64,000 nt of DNA from Octopus bimaculoides (taxonomy: Eukaryota), in contig NC_068986.1 in NCBI RefSeq assembly GCF_001194135.2, positions 3,964,713-4,028,712 on the forward strand, written 5' to 3'. A program made the position numbers and the translations under genes. Shown here one piece after another: positions 51,029 to 63,513 of this stretch (position 1 is its first letter; each line of letters opens with the position of its first letter). Below the pieces are notes generated by a model. The model was not told where the DNA came from and did no database searches. It saw only the letters and a list, made by a program, of their open reading frames with translations.

Positions 51029-53300
51029 CACTGGTCAACAACAAAAATGTTTCCGAGACTAGAATAGAAATTTCCAACTAATTCTAGGTCGCTGATAATG
51101 AACATCATCGTTAAATTTGGTTTTTAGCTCCGCTTTTCAAGATGCACCGATATGTCACAACAGGTTCCAACACGCTTGCTGCTGTATGTTTCTTACCACT
51201 CTCACAGTTTCACAGCCCTTCAGTATTGTTCCAGCAGTAATAGAAAGTGGTTGTGTTATGCAAGTTTAAATTTTGAGTGGAAAGGTAGGTTATTTTCCTA
51301 GTGAAACTTTTTTTTAGAACTTATAATAAATATTCATCAAACAAGATTTTGATATTCATGTGAGGCATATATTAATCTCATTTTCCTACTGAATAATATA
51401 AATAATTCTGCTAAGCTGGCATGCTCTGTATCGTTTGTTGCTTTCTTCTTTTAGATGCTTCTTACTTGTGTGAATAAGGCAGACAACCTCTGCAACATTT
51501 GCAGTAGGGTGACCTTTGCATCACAGAAACACCGTAGAACCGCTGTGATTAGAAACGCATATCACTTATATGTTGGATGCAAGATTGATGACCAGGATAA
51601 GAACTGGGCTCCTCACATATGCTGCAACACTAATCTTCGCGAATGGTTGAACATGAAGGGGAAAGGAATGTTTTTTGCTGTACCAATGACGTGGCAGGAG
51701 CCAACAGACCATGCGAACAACTATTATTTCTTCATGGTAACCTCAGTATAAAAGGACTTGTCAAAGAAGGAAAAGGTGACTATTGAATATCCAAACATTC
51801 CATCAACTATTCACCCAGTTCCATATGGAAATGGTCTACTTGTTCCTGGTGCACCAAGTTTCGTATCCTTCACGTTAAATAAGGAAAGGTGTGAGGAGGA
51901 AGCAGAGAAGGATGACAATGCTGGATTACAGAGTGACCCACATTTTGATGAAGCACTCTCCTCTAGGCTACACCTCATAACACAAGGAGAACTCCATGAC
52001 ATTGTAAGGAATCTGCAGCTACCCAAGAATAAGGCACAGCTGCTAGGCTCTCGTCTTCAACAGTGGAATCTCCTAGCAGCTGATGTGAAAATTTCTAAAT
52101 TTCACAACCGCTAGCAGCAGTTCAACGATTTCTTTGTAATAGAGGGTGATTTAGTTACCTGCAACATTATTAATGGTCTGATGGAAGCATTTGGCATCGA
52201 ATACAAACCCAGACACTGGGGCTGTTCATAAATTCATCAAGGTGTTTTGTTGCATAACGGCAATAATGAACCATCAGTTCCTGTGGATTATGCACCACAC
52301 ATGAAAGAAACTTATGAGAATATAAAACATATGTTGCAATACATAAGATATGATGAACATCAAAGGCAGCACTGTGGTGGCTTAAGGGTTGTTGCTCTTG
52401 TGATGGGCTTGTAGGGTGGATACACCAAGCACTAGTTCTTTCTGTGTGAATGGGGCAGCCGTGCAAGAGGTTCCCACTATACCAAGAGAGACTGACACCT
52501 CGTCAATCATTGGAGCTTGGGATGAAAAATGTTCAACATCCATCTCTCACTGAACCAAACAAAATTTTGTCTCCACCACTACACATAAACTGGGTGTCAT
52601 GAAAAACTCTGTAAAAGCTATGGACAAGCTTTTTCGGGGATTCAAGTATTTAACATCAAAATTCCTAACACTGAGCGAAGATAAAAGAGGGAGCTTTTAT
52701 TGGTCCTCAGATTCGAATGCTTCTTAAAGATGGTGATTTTGCATCAGCCCTTCATGGGGAGGAGAAAGCTGTTTGGGAAGCATTCAAGTTAGTAACAAAG
52801 GGATTTCTCGGAAACAGAAGGGAAAGAAAATATAAAGAATTGCTGGAAAACCTCATCAAGGCTTACAAGAACATGGGATGTAACATGTCACTTAAAATTC
52901 ACTTTTTGGACTCACATTTAGACATGTTTTTCCAGCGAACTGTAGGACACGATGAAAGGTTTCACCAAGATATTTCAACCATGGAAAAGCGGTACCAGAG
53001 TAGATGGAGCACAACAATGCTTGCAGACTATTGCTGGACATTGGCAAGAAATGATTCTTCAGCCCACTATAAGCGTCAAGCAAAAATGAAGAGAGTAGAT
53101 ATGAACTAGAGTTTAAAACATTTAATGACACATATTGTACCTTGTATTAAAACAGTCAAATGTTACATACCGCTTATCTTTGAATCTATAGCCAATAAGC
53201 ATTTTTCAAGGTGATATTTGGATTTAGTGCATAAAGATACATAAGAATAAACTTATCTCGTTTAAGAAGCACACAACTTTTCAAGAATTCTTGACCAGTG
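51029..53300 (+). mobile_element. Full-length Chapaev3 (CMC superfamily) DNA transposon, 2272 bp
   Basis: Termini CACTGGTCAA...TTGACCAGTG (10-bp perfect TIR), TAA on both sides (51026-28, 53301-03), and a transposase remnant. Confidence 0.92.
51455..53109 (+). pseudogene. Chapaev transposase pseudogene
   Basis: CVN...CNIC, DQDKNWAPHICC, FAVPMTWQEP, IEYPNIPS, ITQGELHDIVRNLQLPKNKAQLLGSRLQQWNLL, FIGPQIR, GCNMSLKIHFLDSHLD, ERFHQDISTMEKRYQ, MLADYCWTL. Confidence 0.92.
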
Positions 53301-53671
53301 TAATTAGCGTTAGAAAATATTATCGTAGAAAAAGGTAATCAATATATTACAGCTGACATAAAAAAAAGGCTGTTGGTTATTTCTTCGGCGATTATCTGTT
53401 TATCACTCTCGTAGACACGTACTGTGGAACATGGGACATGACAGTGTTTCAACAGGCGTATGAGGCAGAGGCAATAAAATCACAAGATGTTATATGGCTG
53501 GTCATAGATATGTACGATGTTTTAGTAACACTTTACCGACAAATTTGGTATACAGATATACTGTAGTGGATGGCGATTAAACCCTATCTTGACGCTTTTC
53601 ACCAACACTCAGTAGAGAAAGTAAAATGATAGTGAGGGCCAGGCACAGCATTTTAAATACAGCAATGAAGA

Positions 53672-54053
53672 GTGGAGGCGCAATGGCCCAGTGGTCAGGG
53701 CAGCGGATTTGCGGTCATAGGATCGCGGTTTCGATTCTCAGACCGGGCGTTGTGTGTGTTTATTGAGCGAAAACACCTAAAGCTCCACGAAGCTCCGGCA
53801 GGGGATGGTGGTGAACCCTGCTGTACTCTTCCATCACAACTTTCTCTCACTCTTACTTCCTGTTTCTGTTGTGCCTGTAATTCAAAGGGTCAGCCTTGTC
53901 ACACTGTGTCACGCTGAATATACCCGAGAACTACGTATAGGGTACACGTGTCTGTAGAGTTCTCAGCCACTTGATCGTTAATTTCACGAGCAGGCTGTTC
54001 CGTTGATCGGATCAACTGGAACCCTCGACGTCGTAAGCGACGGAGTGCCAACA
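53672..54053 (+). mobile_element. Family-C (OR-like) SINE, full length, with 13-bp TSD
   Basis: A box TGGCCCAGTGG and B box GGTTTCGATTC; TSD acagcaatgaaga (53659-71) / acagtaatgaaga (54054-66). Confidence 0.92.
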
Positions 54054-54255
54054 ACAGTAATGAAGACATTCACGAACATCTCTGTAACATTCTTCAGCTC
54101 ACGCATCGCTTTCCTTTGTATAACCTTTGCAACGCCCCTAACCATTCCATTAATCACCTCTCGGTGTGCAGAATTCCTGGTAACACGGCTGCTTACATTT
54201 TAGGAAACTCGAAAAGAAAAAATAATGTATCATATTCATGCTCGGAATCGTTACT

Positions 54256-54373
54256 CATGGAGTTTTAGGTGTTTTCGCTCAATAAACACTCACAACGTCC
54301 GGTCTGGGAATCGAAACCGCGATCCTATGACCGCGAGTCCGCTGCCCTAACCACTGGGCCATTGCGCCTCCAC
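54256..54373 (-). mobile_element. Family-C SINE, 5' 118 bp
   Basis: Reverse complement of 53672-53789 with about 8 mismatches. Confidence 0.92.
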
Positions 54374-54473
54374 GTGTGTGTTATTAAAAGCAAAAAATCC
54401 AACAAAATCTATTTTGCTTCCTCTACAGACACATAACAACACACTATTAGAAACAATGTATACATATAAACTG

Positions 54474-54720
54474 CTGGTACGTGTCTTAATGGTTAGGGTT
54501 TTGGACTCTTGATCTTAAGATTGAAGTTTCGATTCCCGAACCGGATGGCGTACTCTATTCTTGAGCAAAAGCACTTCATTTTCTGTTGCTCCAATCTACT
54601 CAACTGCCAAAAATTAGTAATCCTCCGACTGACCGGCGTCCCTCCAGGTGGGGAATATATTACGCCAAGGAAACCGGGAAACCGGCCCTATGAGTGTATA
54701 TGACTCGGGAAGGACCTTTA
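54474..54720 (+). mobile_element. Degraded tRNA-derived SINE of another family
   Basis: gtgtcttaatggttagggttttggactc...gtttcgattccc head; gtactctattcttgagcaaaagcactt segment. Confidence 0.6.
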
Positions 54721-54970
54721 TCCTTTGTCTATACATATAAAAGGAACTATAGTGCTACTAAATAGTTCTTGACGTGTCATTAGATGGAACAAAATGTATT
54801 TCCTTTTAATCATTCTTTTTAATAAAGCTTACTAACATTCTTACTTTGGATTTTGAATATGCTTTCATTATTTATCCTTTGTGTCTCTATTTTCCCATGA
54901 ACTCCTCATCTCTCTACTTCTCTATTTATCTATGTACATCCGTGTGTGTATGTGTGTTTATTTTTGTGTG

Positions 54971-55020
<50 letters not shown>

Positions 55021-55453
55021 AACATTCACATGCACACACATATACACACATACACAGATAGGCACAAACACACACTTGTATACACACACACACACACACA
55101 CACACACAGAGATATGCAGGTATGCATATATGTGTGCATGTAGGTAAGTTATGTAAGTATGTATGCATGCATGTATTTTTGTATGTATGTATGTATGTAT
55201 GGATGGATGGATGGACGGACGTGTGTAAGAGTATGTACTTGAGTGTGTATCTGTCTCCTGCTCCTCTTTGTTTCACTGGATATTACGTTAATAGTTTGTA
55301 TCTGTCTGCAAGCAACTGTGTGGATAAAACATTACTTATCTAATGCTTCATACTTATTTTGAAAATAATAATGCTTCTGTTCTCGATAGATAATGAATGC
55401 GTCTGTGTATGTACGAATGTATGTATGTATGTATGTATGTATGTATGTATGAA

Positions 55454-55555
<102 letters not shown>

Positions 55556-56223
55556 CACATACATACATAATTATATATTTTTTCTATATAAACGTACACT
55601 CAGCTTTTAAAATTGTTATAAATATAGCCATATACATATGAGTAGAAAATTATTGTTACAATAATACAATAACATTGTTATAGTTTACAAAGTAAAAGTA
55701 AGAAAAATAATTCTACTTTGATTTATATGGATCAATTCCGTAGAATAGAATTTTCGAAAACATTTCAAAGTTGGGTGTTTGATATATTTTCCGTCTGTTT
55801 TGTTTTTGTTCATCTATTTTGTTGTGCAGAATATCACTCTGTGTTATCCGAGAATTTCAATTGTACGTTTGTTAAGTGTATTGCTTTGTCCGTTGTTAAA
55901 TGACAACAGATGATACATAGGAAGATGAAACTGCAGCCGATTTCTAAGAGAGAGGGCTGTAACTGATCATTTATAATAATTTCATGTAAATCTCTTAAAC
56001 ACGCATACACGCACACATACACACACATGCATTCACACTCACACATACACATACACACAAACACACGAACATACATTGCTTGCATGTACAATCAACCGCC
56101 CGCCTGCCTATATAAATACGTATATTCACCCACATATATGTAATATTTCCATATTTTCAAAGCTACATTATTGACAAATATTTCTAATGATCTCATCGAA
56201 ATTCATCTCACAAAGCGACGCCA

Positions 56224-56278
56224 AAACCTATCTCAGCCCCAAACTATCTCAGCCCCAAACTATCTCAGCCCCAAACTA
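56224..56278. repeat. 16-bp minisatellite (aaactatctcagcccc), about 3.3 copies
   Basis: Directly visible. Confidence 0.92.
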
Positions 56279-57390
56279 ATCCCTTGACATTTTAAGAATG
56301 AAACCTTTTGTATAACCTTCAGTAATAACGCACAATTGATTTCAAATATTATACATACCGTGCCCTCCTACGTGCATCAACATCCTTTATCATAAATCCA
56401 CATGGTAGTTATTTTCCTGTCATTGTTTTCATAAAAAAAAGTTGTTAAGCAAAATCATGAACATTATAATTAGGAAGCTCGTTGAATTTAATAATTCTAG
56501 ATTATTTTCGATGTGTCTATCTCATTTTTGTACCGATTTTATTTCTTGTAATTTATTAATTTGCAGTGCGATATTTTCCTAACTATAGCTTCTTAAAACT
56601 ATCTCTTTAATTAGTTAGTGTCGAAACTGAAGTGTTTTAAATGTTAAGTCCTTGTTTTTTTTTCTTTTTTCCAGTGGGTAGCTTAAACTCTGCAGGAAAA
56701 ATTTAATACAGGTTTGTTTTGACAACATTTATAGACATACAATGTAAATTAGACTTAAATAAATTTCAGTTTTGTGAAATGAATATGCAAATATTTTCAA
56801 AATATGCAATTTATGAACTTTTAGGAAGTATTCTGATTGCTGATATTGTTAAGCGAAATGTACATATTTCTTGCGTTTTATACTAACTTGTTAGTCAGTG
56901 TGTGGGTAATGTCTATGACATTTGTAGACTCTCTCAGGCAAGTGAAACTGATGCAGCTAATGTCCAGTGTGAACATTTACAGATCAATGTATATATAGGG
57001 AGAATGAGGCATAAAGGGAACTGAGATTGTTAAATCGGTGGATCCCATCTTAAGAGTTAGTGGTATAAATTCTGAAAGCGTCACAAGAACAAAATCTTTT
57101 ACTTTTGAAATATTTGATAAACTGGATATGTTATACAATGAGCCACTGGCACAATAAAGGGCACGACACAATATTTATCACAAACATATCTTGGGAATAT
57201 TTTCTCAAGAAAACTGCCAAGTATTAATTTCATTAACCGTTTAAATTATTGTTTTTACTGATTTACCTAAAGGTATCCAAGATTATACAGGAATGTTAAA
57301 TTGAGTGGAGTGTCAGTCCTCTCATTCAAAATTGAAATCAACCAGCAACGAGTTTTAACATAATAAAAATCATTTCTTAACTCATCAATG

Positions 57391-57754
57391 TCTTTTACTT
57401 GTTTCAGTCATTAGATTGCGGCCATACTGGGGCACCGCACCGCCTTGAAGAATGAATCGACCCTGGTACTTGTTTTACCTCCATCTTTTTGCTGAACCGT
57501 TAAGTTACAGGGCCGTATACACACCAATACCGATTGTCAAGCGGTGGAGGTGGACAAACACAAGCACAAAGACACACGCACACACACATATAAGACGGAC
57601 TTCTTTCAGTTTCCGTCTACCACATCTACTCACAAGGTTTTAGTCGACCGGACGCTATTTTAGTAGACACTTGCCCAAGGTACCAGGTAGTGGGACTGAA
57701 CCCGGAATCATGTAGTTGGAAAGCTAACTTGTTACCATACAGCCACACTTGCGC
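57391..57754 (-). mobile_element. Family-B SINE
   Basis: Matches 62301-62717 end to end. Confidence 0.85.
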
Positions 57755-57971
57755 ATATATATATATATATANNNNNNNNNNNNNNNNNNNNNNNNNNNNN
57801 NNNNNNNNNNNNNNNNNNNNNNNNNNNNNNNNNNNNNNNNNNNNNNNNNNNNNNNNNNNNNNNNNNNNNNNNNNNNNNNNNNNNNNNNNNNNNNNNNNNN
57901 NNNNNNNNNNNNNNNNNNNNNNNNNNNNNNNNNNNNNNNNNNNNNNNNNNNNNNNNNNNNNNNNNNNNNNN

Positions 57972-58004
<33 letters not shown>

Positions 58005-58447
58005 CAACTTAATTTGATTATTTATCTCATCTGTCTTAATTATAAAAGTGTCTTCTATAGCCGACACACATCCTAATATTATGCATGTAACGTGGAGAGC
58101 AAACTCAGCCATAATATGAAAGAATGCTAATAGAATGTCTTTGTTAAGACCTATGTAATCTGTAAGTATGGGCAGACCAGACATAATGAATTGGGACTGT
58201 GAAAAGGAATTTTGTACAATAGTAGAAATCAAGCAAATGTTTTTGTTTTTCTTTATACTTGTTTCAGATTTGTTCTCTTAGTCAGAAGAGAAAGGTAGCG
58301 CTTATGAGCTTTTTACAGAGCCTCCGAAACTTATAAGAGAGATAGAAGGGGGAAGGCATCCTCATAACGGTGATCTAACGCGAATGCCTGCAGTGAAGTG
58401 AACTCCGCTAAATGAACCAAAGAACAATGGGGATTATTTAATCATTT

Positions 58448-58790
58448 ATCTTTTACTTGTTTCTGTCATTAGATTGTGGTCATGCTGGGGCACCGCCTTG
58501 AAGAACTTTTAGTCGAATGAATCGACCCCAGAACTTATTTTTTAAAGTTTGGTACTTATTCTACCTTCCTTTTTGTGTCGAACCGCTAAGTCACGGGGGT
58601 GTAAACATACCAACACCGGATGTGAGGGAGAAACACAAAGATACACAAACACACACACATAAATAGATATGTATACGACGGGCTTCTTTCCGTTTCCGTC
58701 TTACAAATCCACTCACAAGTATTTGGTCACCCGAGGCTATAGTAGAAGATACTTGCCAAGGTTCCATGTAGTGGACTGATCCCCGAACAA
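58448..58790 (-). mobile_element. Family-B SINE, inserted just upstream of the Tx1-like ORF1
   Basis: Matches 62301-62717; head truncated near 58790. Confidence 0.85.
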
Positions 58791-58799
58791 GTATAAGGG

Positions 58800-59620
58800 A
58801 ATGCTGAAAAACGAAGAAGTATTAAAGGAAAAAGCGGGAAGAACGATAGTTTATAGAACATATTCGGTGGCAGCCAGAAAAATCGAAATATGAATACGAT
58901 ACAGATTGAAAAGGCGTTGAGACCAGTCTGGCAAGAGATTTCGTACCTTGTCAGAAGCAAAAAATTTGAAATAATTGAAGTGCAGTTAGAAAAGTTAGCT
59001 ATCGCCAGGCTGAATTCGGCAACACCCCTAAAAACTAACCAGGTTGTTCTTCTACCCGTATACCTAGGCAGGCGTGCTTCCAGGGTTAGGATGGAGGAAA
59101 TACATCCAGAGGTGGATGTAGCCTGGCTGGTAACTGCTATATTAGTTGGAATGGAGGAGATGGTGGTCCTCCAGGCAACCAGAACACCTCATAGGAACTG
59201 GAAGGGACAAACACTTGACATGGTGGTGCAAATTGCGGAGGAGGACATCGAAAAAAATGGTCGAATGTATCATAGTGGGAGAGTCGACTTTAAAGGTCAG
59301 AGGGGAAGGGAGAATTCCGTGATGTTATAAATGTGGCTTGAAAGGCTACACCAGAGTGGAGTGTCCTCCACCACTAGAAAAGGACAAGGAGAGACGGAAG
59401 GAAAATATGGTTGGTGCTACAATGCCTGCGGAGGAAAAAGTAAGTGAAGTGGAAACACAAAAGAAGACAGACAGCAGCGTCGAGGAGAAAGAATCGAATA
59501 CCAGTTGAGAAATGGTGGAGAAGAGCAAGAAGAGGAGGAAAAAGATGCACATGGTTAAAGATGATCCCAACCCACACCCACCCAGCCCCCATCCACAGCC
59601 ACTCTACCCCAATCACTCCC
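58800..59620 (+). pseudogene. L1/Tx1-like LINE ORF1 (gag-like) remnant with zinc knuckle
   Basis: RTIVYRTYSV, PVYLGRRASRVR, LQATRT...NWKGQ; C-x2-C-x4-(H>Y)-x4-C at 59323-59364, followed by a K/E-rich tract. Confidence 0.7.
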
Positions 59621-60123
59621 TACAGACAACAACCCTCTCCATGCCTCATATGACATAAAGACAAACACAAGCACATAGGACCCAGAAATTTCCCCACCTT
59701 TGCCCTTGAAAAAACATGTTATATTGTATAGTAGAGAAAATGAAGCACTGTATGACAAAATAGACTTATGGGACAATGCTATAAAAGTAGACGTATCAGG
59801 GGTGAAAGGGGTGCCCGACTACATTCGTTGTGCAGTGGCAGACCCAGAGTATATGTCAGAATTGAATGACTATGAGGAAAATCACAACTATCAGTGGTGG
59901 GTCAAGAAACTGGAATTAAGTCTAAGGCTGGGACTCTTAAATTCTAATAGCCACACACCAAAGGATTATTTGGCCCATTACAAGCCATATGAATACAAAT
60001 GTACCTGTATATAGCTTCTGTAGAACATTGCATCCATTTTTGTTTTCATAATGTTTTTTGAAGAGTTCTCATCCCAGCTCATCACATGACACATATACAC
60101 AATGTTTCTCTTTATGCGTATAC

Positions 60124-60177
<54 letters not shown>

Positions 60178-62300
60178 TAATGTATATATGTATGTACAAA
60201 TGTAGTTACTTTACACCCTTCCCCCATAAACCCCTTCCACTTGACATGTCTCAACTTCCGGTTCCTTCACACACTAATCTATAAGGTTTCACCTTTATAA
60301 CATTTCCTTATTTTCTACCAACTTTTGTTCAGGCTTCATTTGTGATCAATATCTATCATTTTTATTACATTTATTGTATTTTTCATCATTAAGTTACATT
60401 TTCACTGCAATTCATAATTATATTCTTACAATATTTTTTTTAACAATTTCGTTATATTTATACTCACAATTCATGTTTGTGCGCTTACTATAAAGCTGCT
60501 TAATTATCGTTTAGTGCAGGAGAAAATGTCGTTATATATATGTGCGCCTTGAAGCGTAGATACGTATATATATATATAAGGACCTAAATCCTTCAAAGGA
60601 ATGTTAAACATCCAAGGCCGCCGGTTCAATCCAAGCAAAGAACATAAAAAACTATATGTTCAATATTGGTATAATAAATAAAGTATTAGGAAAGGGGAAA
60701 AAATATAAGCGTAGACGTTCCTTTAATTCAAAGTTGGTACAAATCCAATAAAGATTCTACAAGTTGTTTCAAAGCCTAATTAATTCAAAACAAAACGAAA
60801 CATAATCCTGATGAAATCACAAATTAGGCTTTTCCTCGGGAATTCATTATTGGCTCTATGCATCACCGAAGTCTTTTCTATTATGCAATCCACCAATTGT
60901 TTAACGAACGAAATATACTATTTTTTAAATGCAGACATAGATTGTGCAACGCACTCTCAAAGTACAAATTACAGTGCCCGAACCCCCGTGTCATTCCTTA
61001 ACTATTCCTCTGCTCCTACTTGCTGCTCTTCTATGTATTTTTAGTAAGGGTTGTTTGTTCCGTGTGAGAAAAAATGTTAGACGTATACGATGGGTATGCT
61101 TGGCATGACTCCAATAGGTATAAGAAATATGCCAGGAGGTGTAGTCTTTATGTTTTAACAAATATAACATTTATCAATGCAAAGTTAATACAGTAGAACC
61201 AAATGCTCTCAAATGAAAAGTAACAGTAAATGGCTGTTTGCAAATTTAGAGTTACAAGGGAAAATTAACCCGAGTGCATACAAGTGTCTATGTAGTGTGC
61301 TGTGCAGCGTATAAAACCCTACTTGTGTTTGTTGTACGCAATTAAATCACTTACTAGAATTAAATGGTATAACCATACAGATTGCTAATAGCTGGTTGAA
61401 TGCCTGATATCAAACAGTAGCAGGTCTGAAGGTGAGTTGCTTTTAGGAATGAAGGTAAGAAAAAGAATACCGTGCTGCCCGACACGTGTGAAGAAATCTT
61501 CACTGACAGACTGGCCAAATACGTTCCCCACCACAGTACAGCAGCAACCCTTAAGAATCTATAGCGTGTCGAGCTAGACGAGCCACAAGCTCGTCGATAG
61601 TTTAGCGTTTACACCTGAATGAGATTAAGCAAGCAGCGACGAAAGGGAACCAGCTGTTAACGTTCCGACGATTAGACAGCGACTGAATTAACGCTCTTGA
61701 AAAGCGCGCATTGTCCCTCTGGGCGGATGTCGTCATGTGTATTCCTCCGCCGCTAGCTTTTAAAGGACAGAGGAAAGCAGGACCAGTGTGCTGCTACACG
61801 GGGCCGAAGTATTTCGACTACCCTGCTAGATATTTATAACAAACAACTTTTTAACTATCTTTATAACTTTTATATTTTTATATTTTTTTATTTTTTATAT
61901 TTTTCATTTTAGTTCTTTATCTTTTTATACTTTATATTTCCCTAACATTTTTCTCTCACTACACCTTCCTTCAGTACATGTGAATATACAAGCGCCCACG
62001 TGCGCATACACACCTACTAGATACTACAGGCGCACAAAAAATACGCGCGTGTATGCTAATATGCGCTTGTAGAAGTTTTAAAATTAAGCGATAAACTACC
62101 AACTGACCGAAAACTACTATGTTCCGCTACAGACCAAAAACATCTTCCACCTCCCCCTCCTCCTTTCGCCTTCTCCTTCTCTCGCCTTCTCCTTCTCTCG
62201 CCTTCTCCTCCTTTCGCTTTCTCCTTCTCTCCCTTCTTCTCTCGCCCTCTCCTAACTAATTCCAACTTAATCCAACTCCTATATCCTCTTTTTCTTTGAC

Positions 62301-62717
62301 TCTCTTTTTACTCTTTACTCTTTTACTTGTTTCAGTCATTTGACTGTGGCCATGCTGGAACGCCGCTTTTAGTCGAACAAATTGATCCCAGGACTTATTC
62401 TTTGTAAGCCTAGTACTTATTCTATCGGTTTCTTTTGCCGAACAGCTAAGTTACGGGGACGTAAACACCAGCATCGGTTGTCGAGCGATGTTGGGGGACA
62501 AACACGGACACACAAACATATACTCACACATACATATATATATATACATATATACGATGGGCTTCTTTCAGTTCCCGTCTACCAAATCCACTCACAAGGC
62601 TTTGGTCGGCCCGAGGCTATAGAAGAAGACACTTGCCCAAGGTGCCACGCAGTGGGACTGAGCACAGAACCATGTGGTGGGTAAGCAAGCTACTTACCAC
62701 ACAGTCACTCCTGCACC
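62301..62717 (-). mobile_element. Family-B (OK-like) SINE, near-intact reference copy with (AGTAAAAG)n tail
   Basis: GGTGCAGGAGTGACTGTGTGGTAAG...CAGTCCCACTGCGTGGCACCTTGGGCAAG...TGACTGAAACAAGTAAAAGAG. Confidence 0.92.
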
Positions 62718-63069
62718 TCTGTTTAAATGTATTTTCAGGATACCACAATGTATTTACCTATTTATTCTACAGTAGACCCATTAAAGGACCACAGCCTAAA
62801 TTCACAAAGACGTTCCCCTAGCCAGCTTCGATAATGCCAAACTTCTTCCCCGCTACTCGTTCTCCTTTCTTTTTTCTTTATTCTTATTCTTATTATTTTC
62901 CGTAACAAATTTAGATATTTACCCACTACCGTATATTATTTCTTCATTAGTATGTTTTCCCTTTTGTTCTCTCACTTTGTGCTTTCCACGCACTTTCGAT
63001 CAAATCTCCTGCGAATTAACATGAGATCCCTTGACGACAATGTAAACTTCATTTGATTAAGATATCTTC

Positions 63070-63153
63070 GGCCCGACGAGCAGCTATCGAATTATCCCTC
63101 GTTTGGGTAATCACTACATCCGAAGTTCTGTTAGCTATGAAACATATGTAGCC
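63070..63153 (+). ncRNA. Type-I hammerhead ribozyme motif (HHR5), core U4>C
   Basis: GGC-CCGACGA-GCAGCTA...TAGCTAT-GAAA-CATATGT-A^-GCC; ACATATGT is a perfect palindrome. Confidence 0.7.
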
Positions 63154-63445
63154 TGGGTTTTATCTACTTCGTCCCTTAATTTTGGATATATATATATATA
63201 NNNNNNNNNNNNNNNNNNNNNNNNNNNNNNNNNNNNNNNNNNNNNNNNNNNNNNNNNNNNNNNNNNNNNNNNNNNNNNNNNNNNNNNNNNNNNNNNNNNN
63301 NNNNNNNNNNNNNNNNNNNNNNNNNNNNNNNNNNNNNNNNNNNNNNNNNNNNNNNNNNNNNNNNNNNNNNNNNNNNNNNNNNNNNNNNNNNNNNNNNNNN
63401 NNNNNNNNNNNNNNNNNNNNNNNNNNNNNNNNNNNNNNNNNNNNN

Positions 63446-63513
63446 AAGAAGAAGAAGAAGAAGAAGAAGAAGAAGAAGAAGAAGAAGAAGAAGAAGAAGA
63501 AGAAGAAGAAGAA
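63446..63513. repeat. (AAG)n microsatellite
   Basis: Directly visible after a gap. Confidence 0.97.

Noticed and set aside
50110-54373. tRNA-like sequences with A and B boxes (also at 8491, 38056, 44612, 62717)
   Set aside because: These are SINE heads without an intact cloverleaf, continuing into SINE bodies; not tRNA genes.
58301-58337. CTTATGA...GAAA-CTTATAAG palindrome
   Set aside because: Stem II and stem I do not pair properly and U16.1 is missing.
61075-61378. Solo-LTR reading (TG...CA with TATA and ATTAAA)
   Set aside because: No TSD, no recognisable PBS or PPT, and no second LTR in the window.
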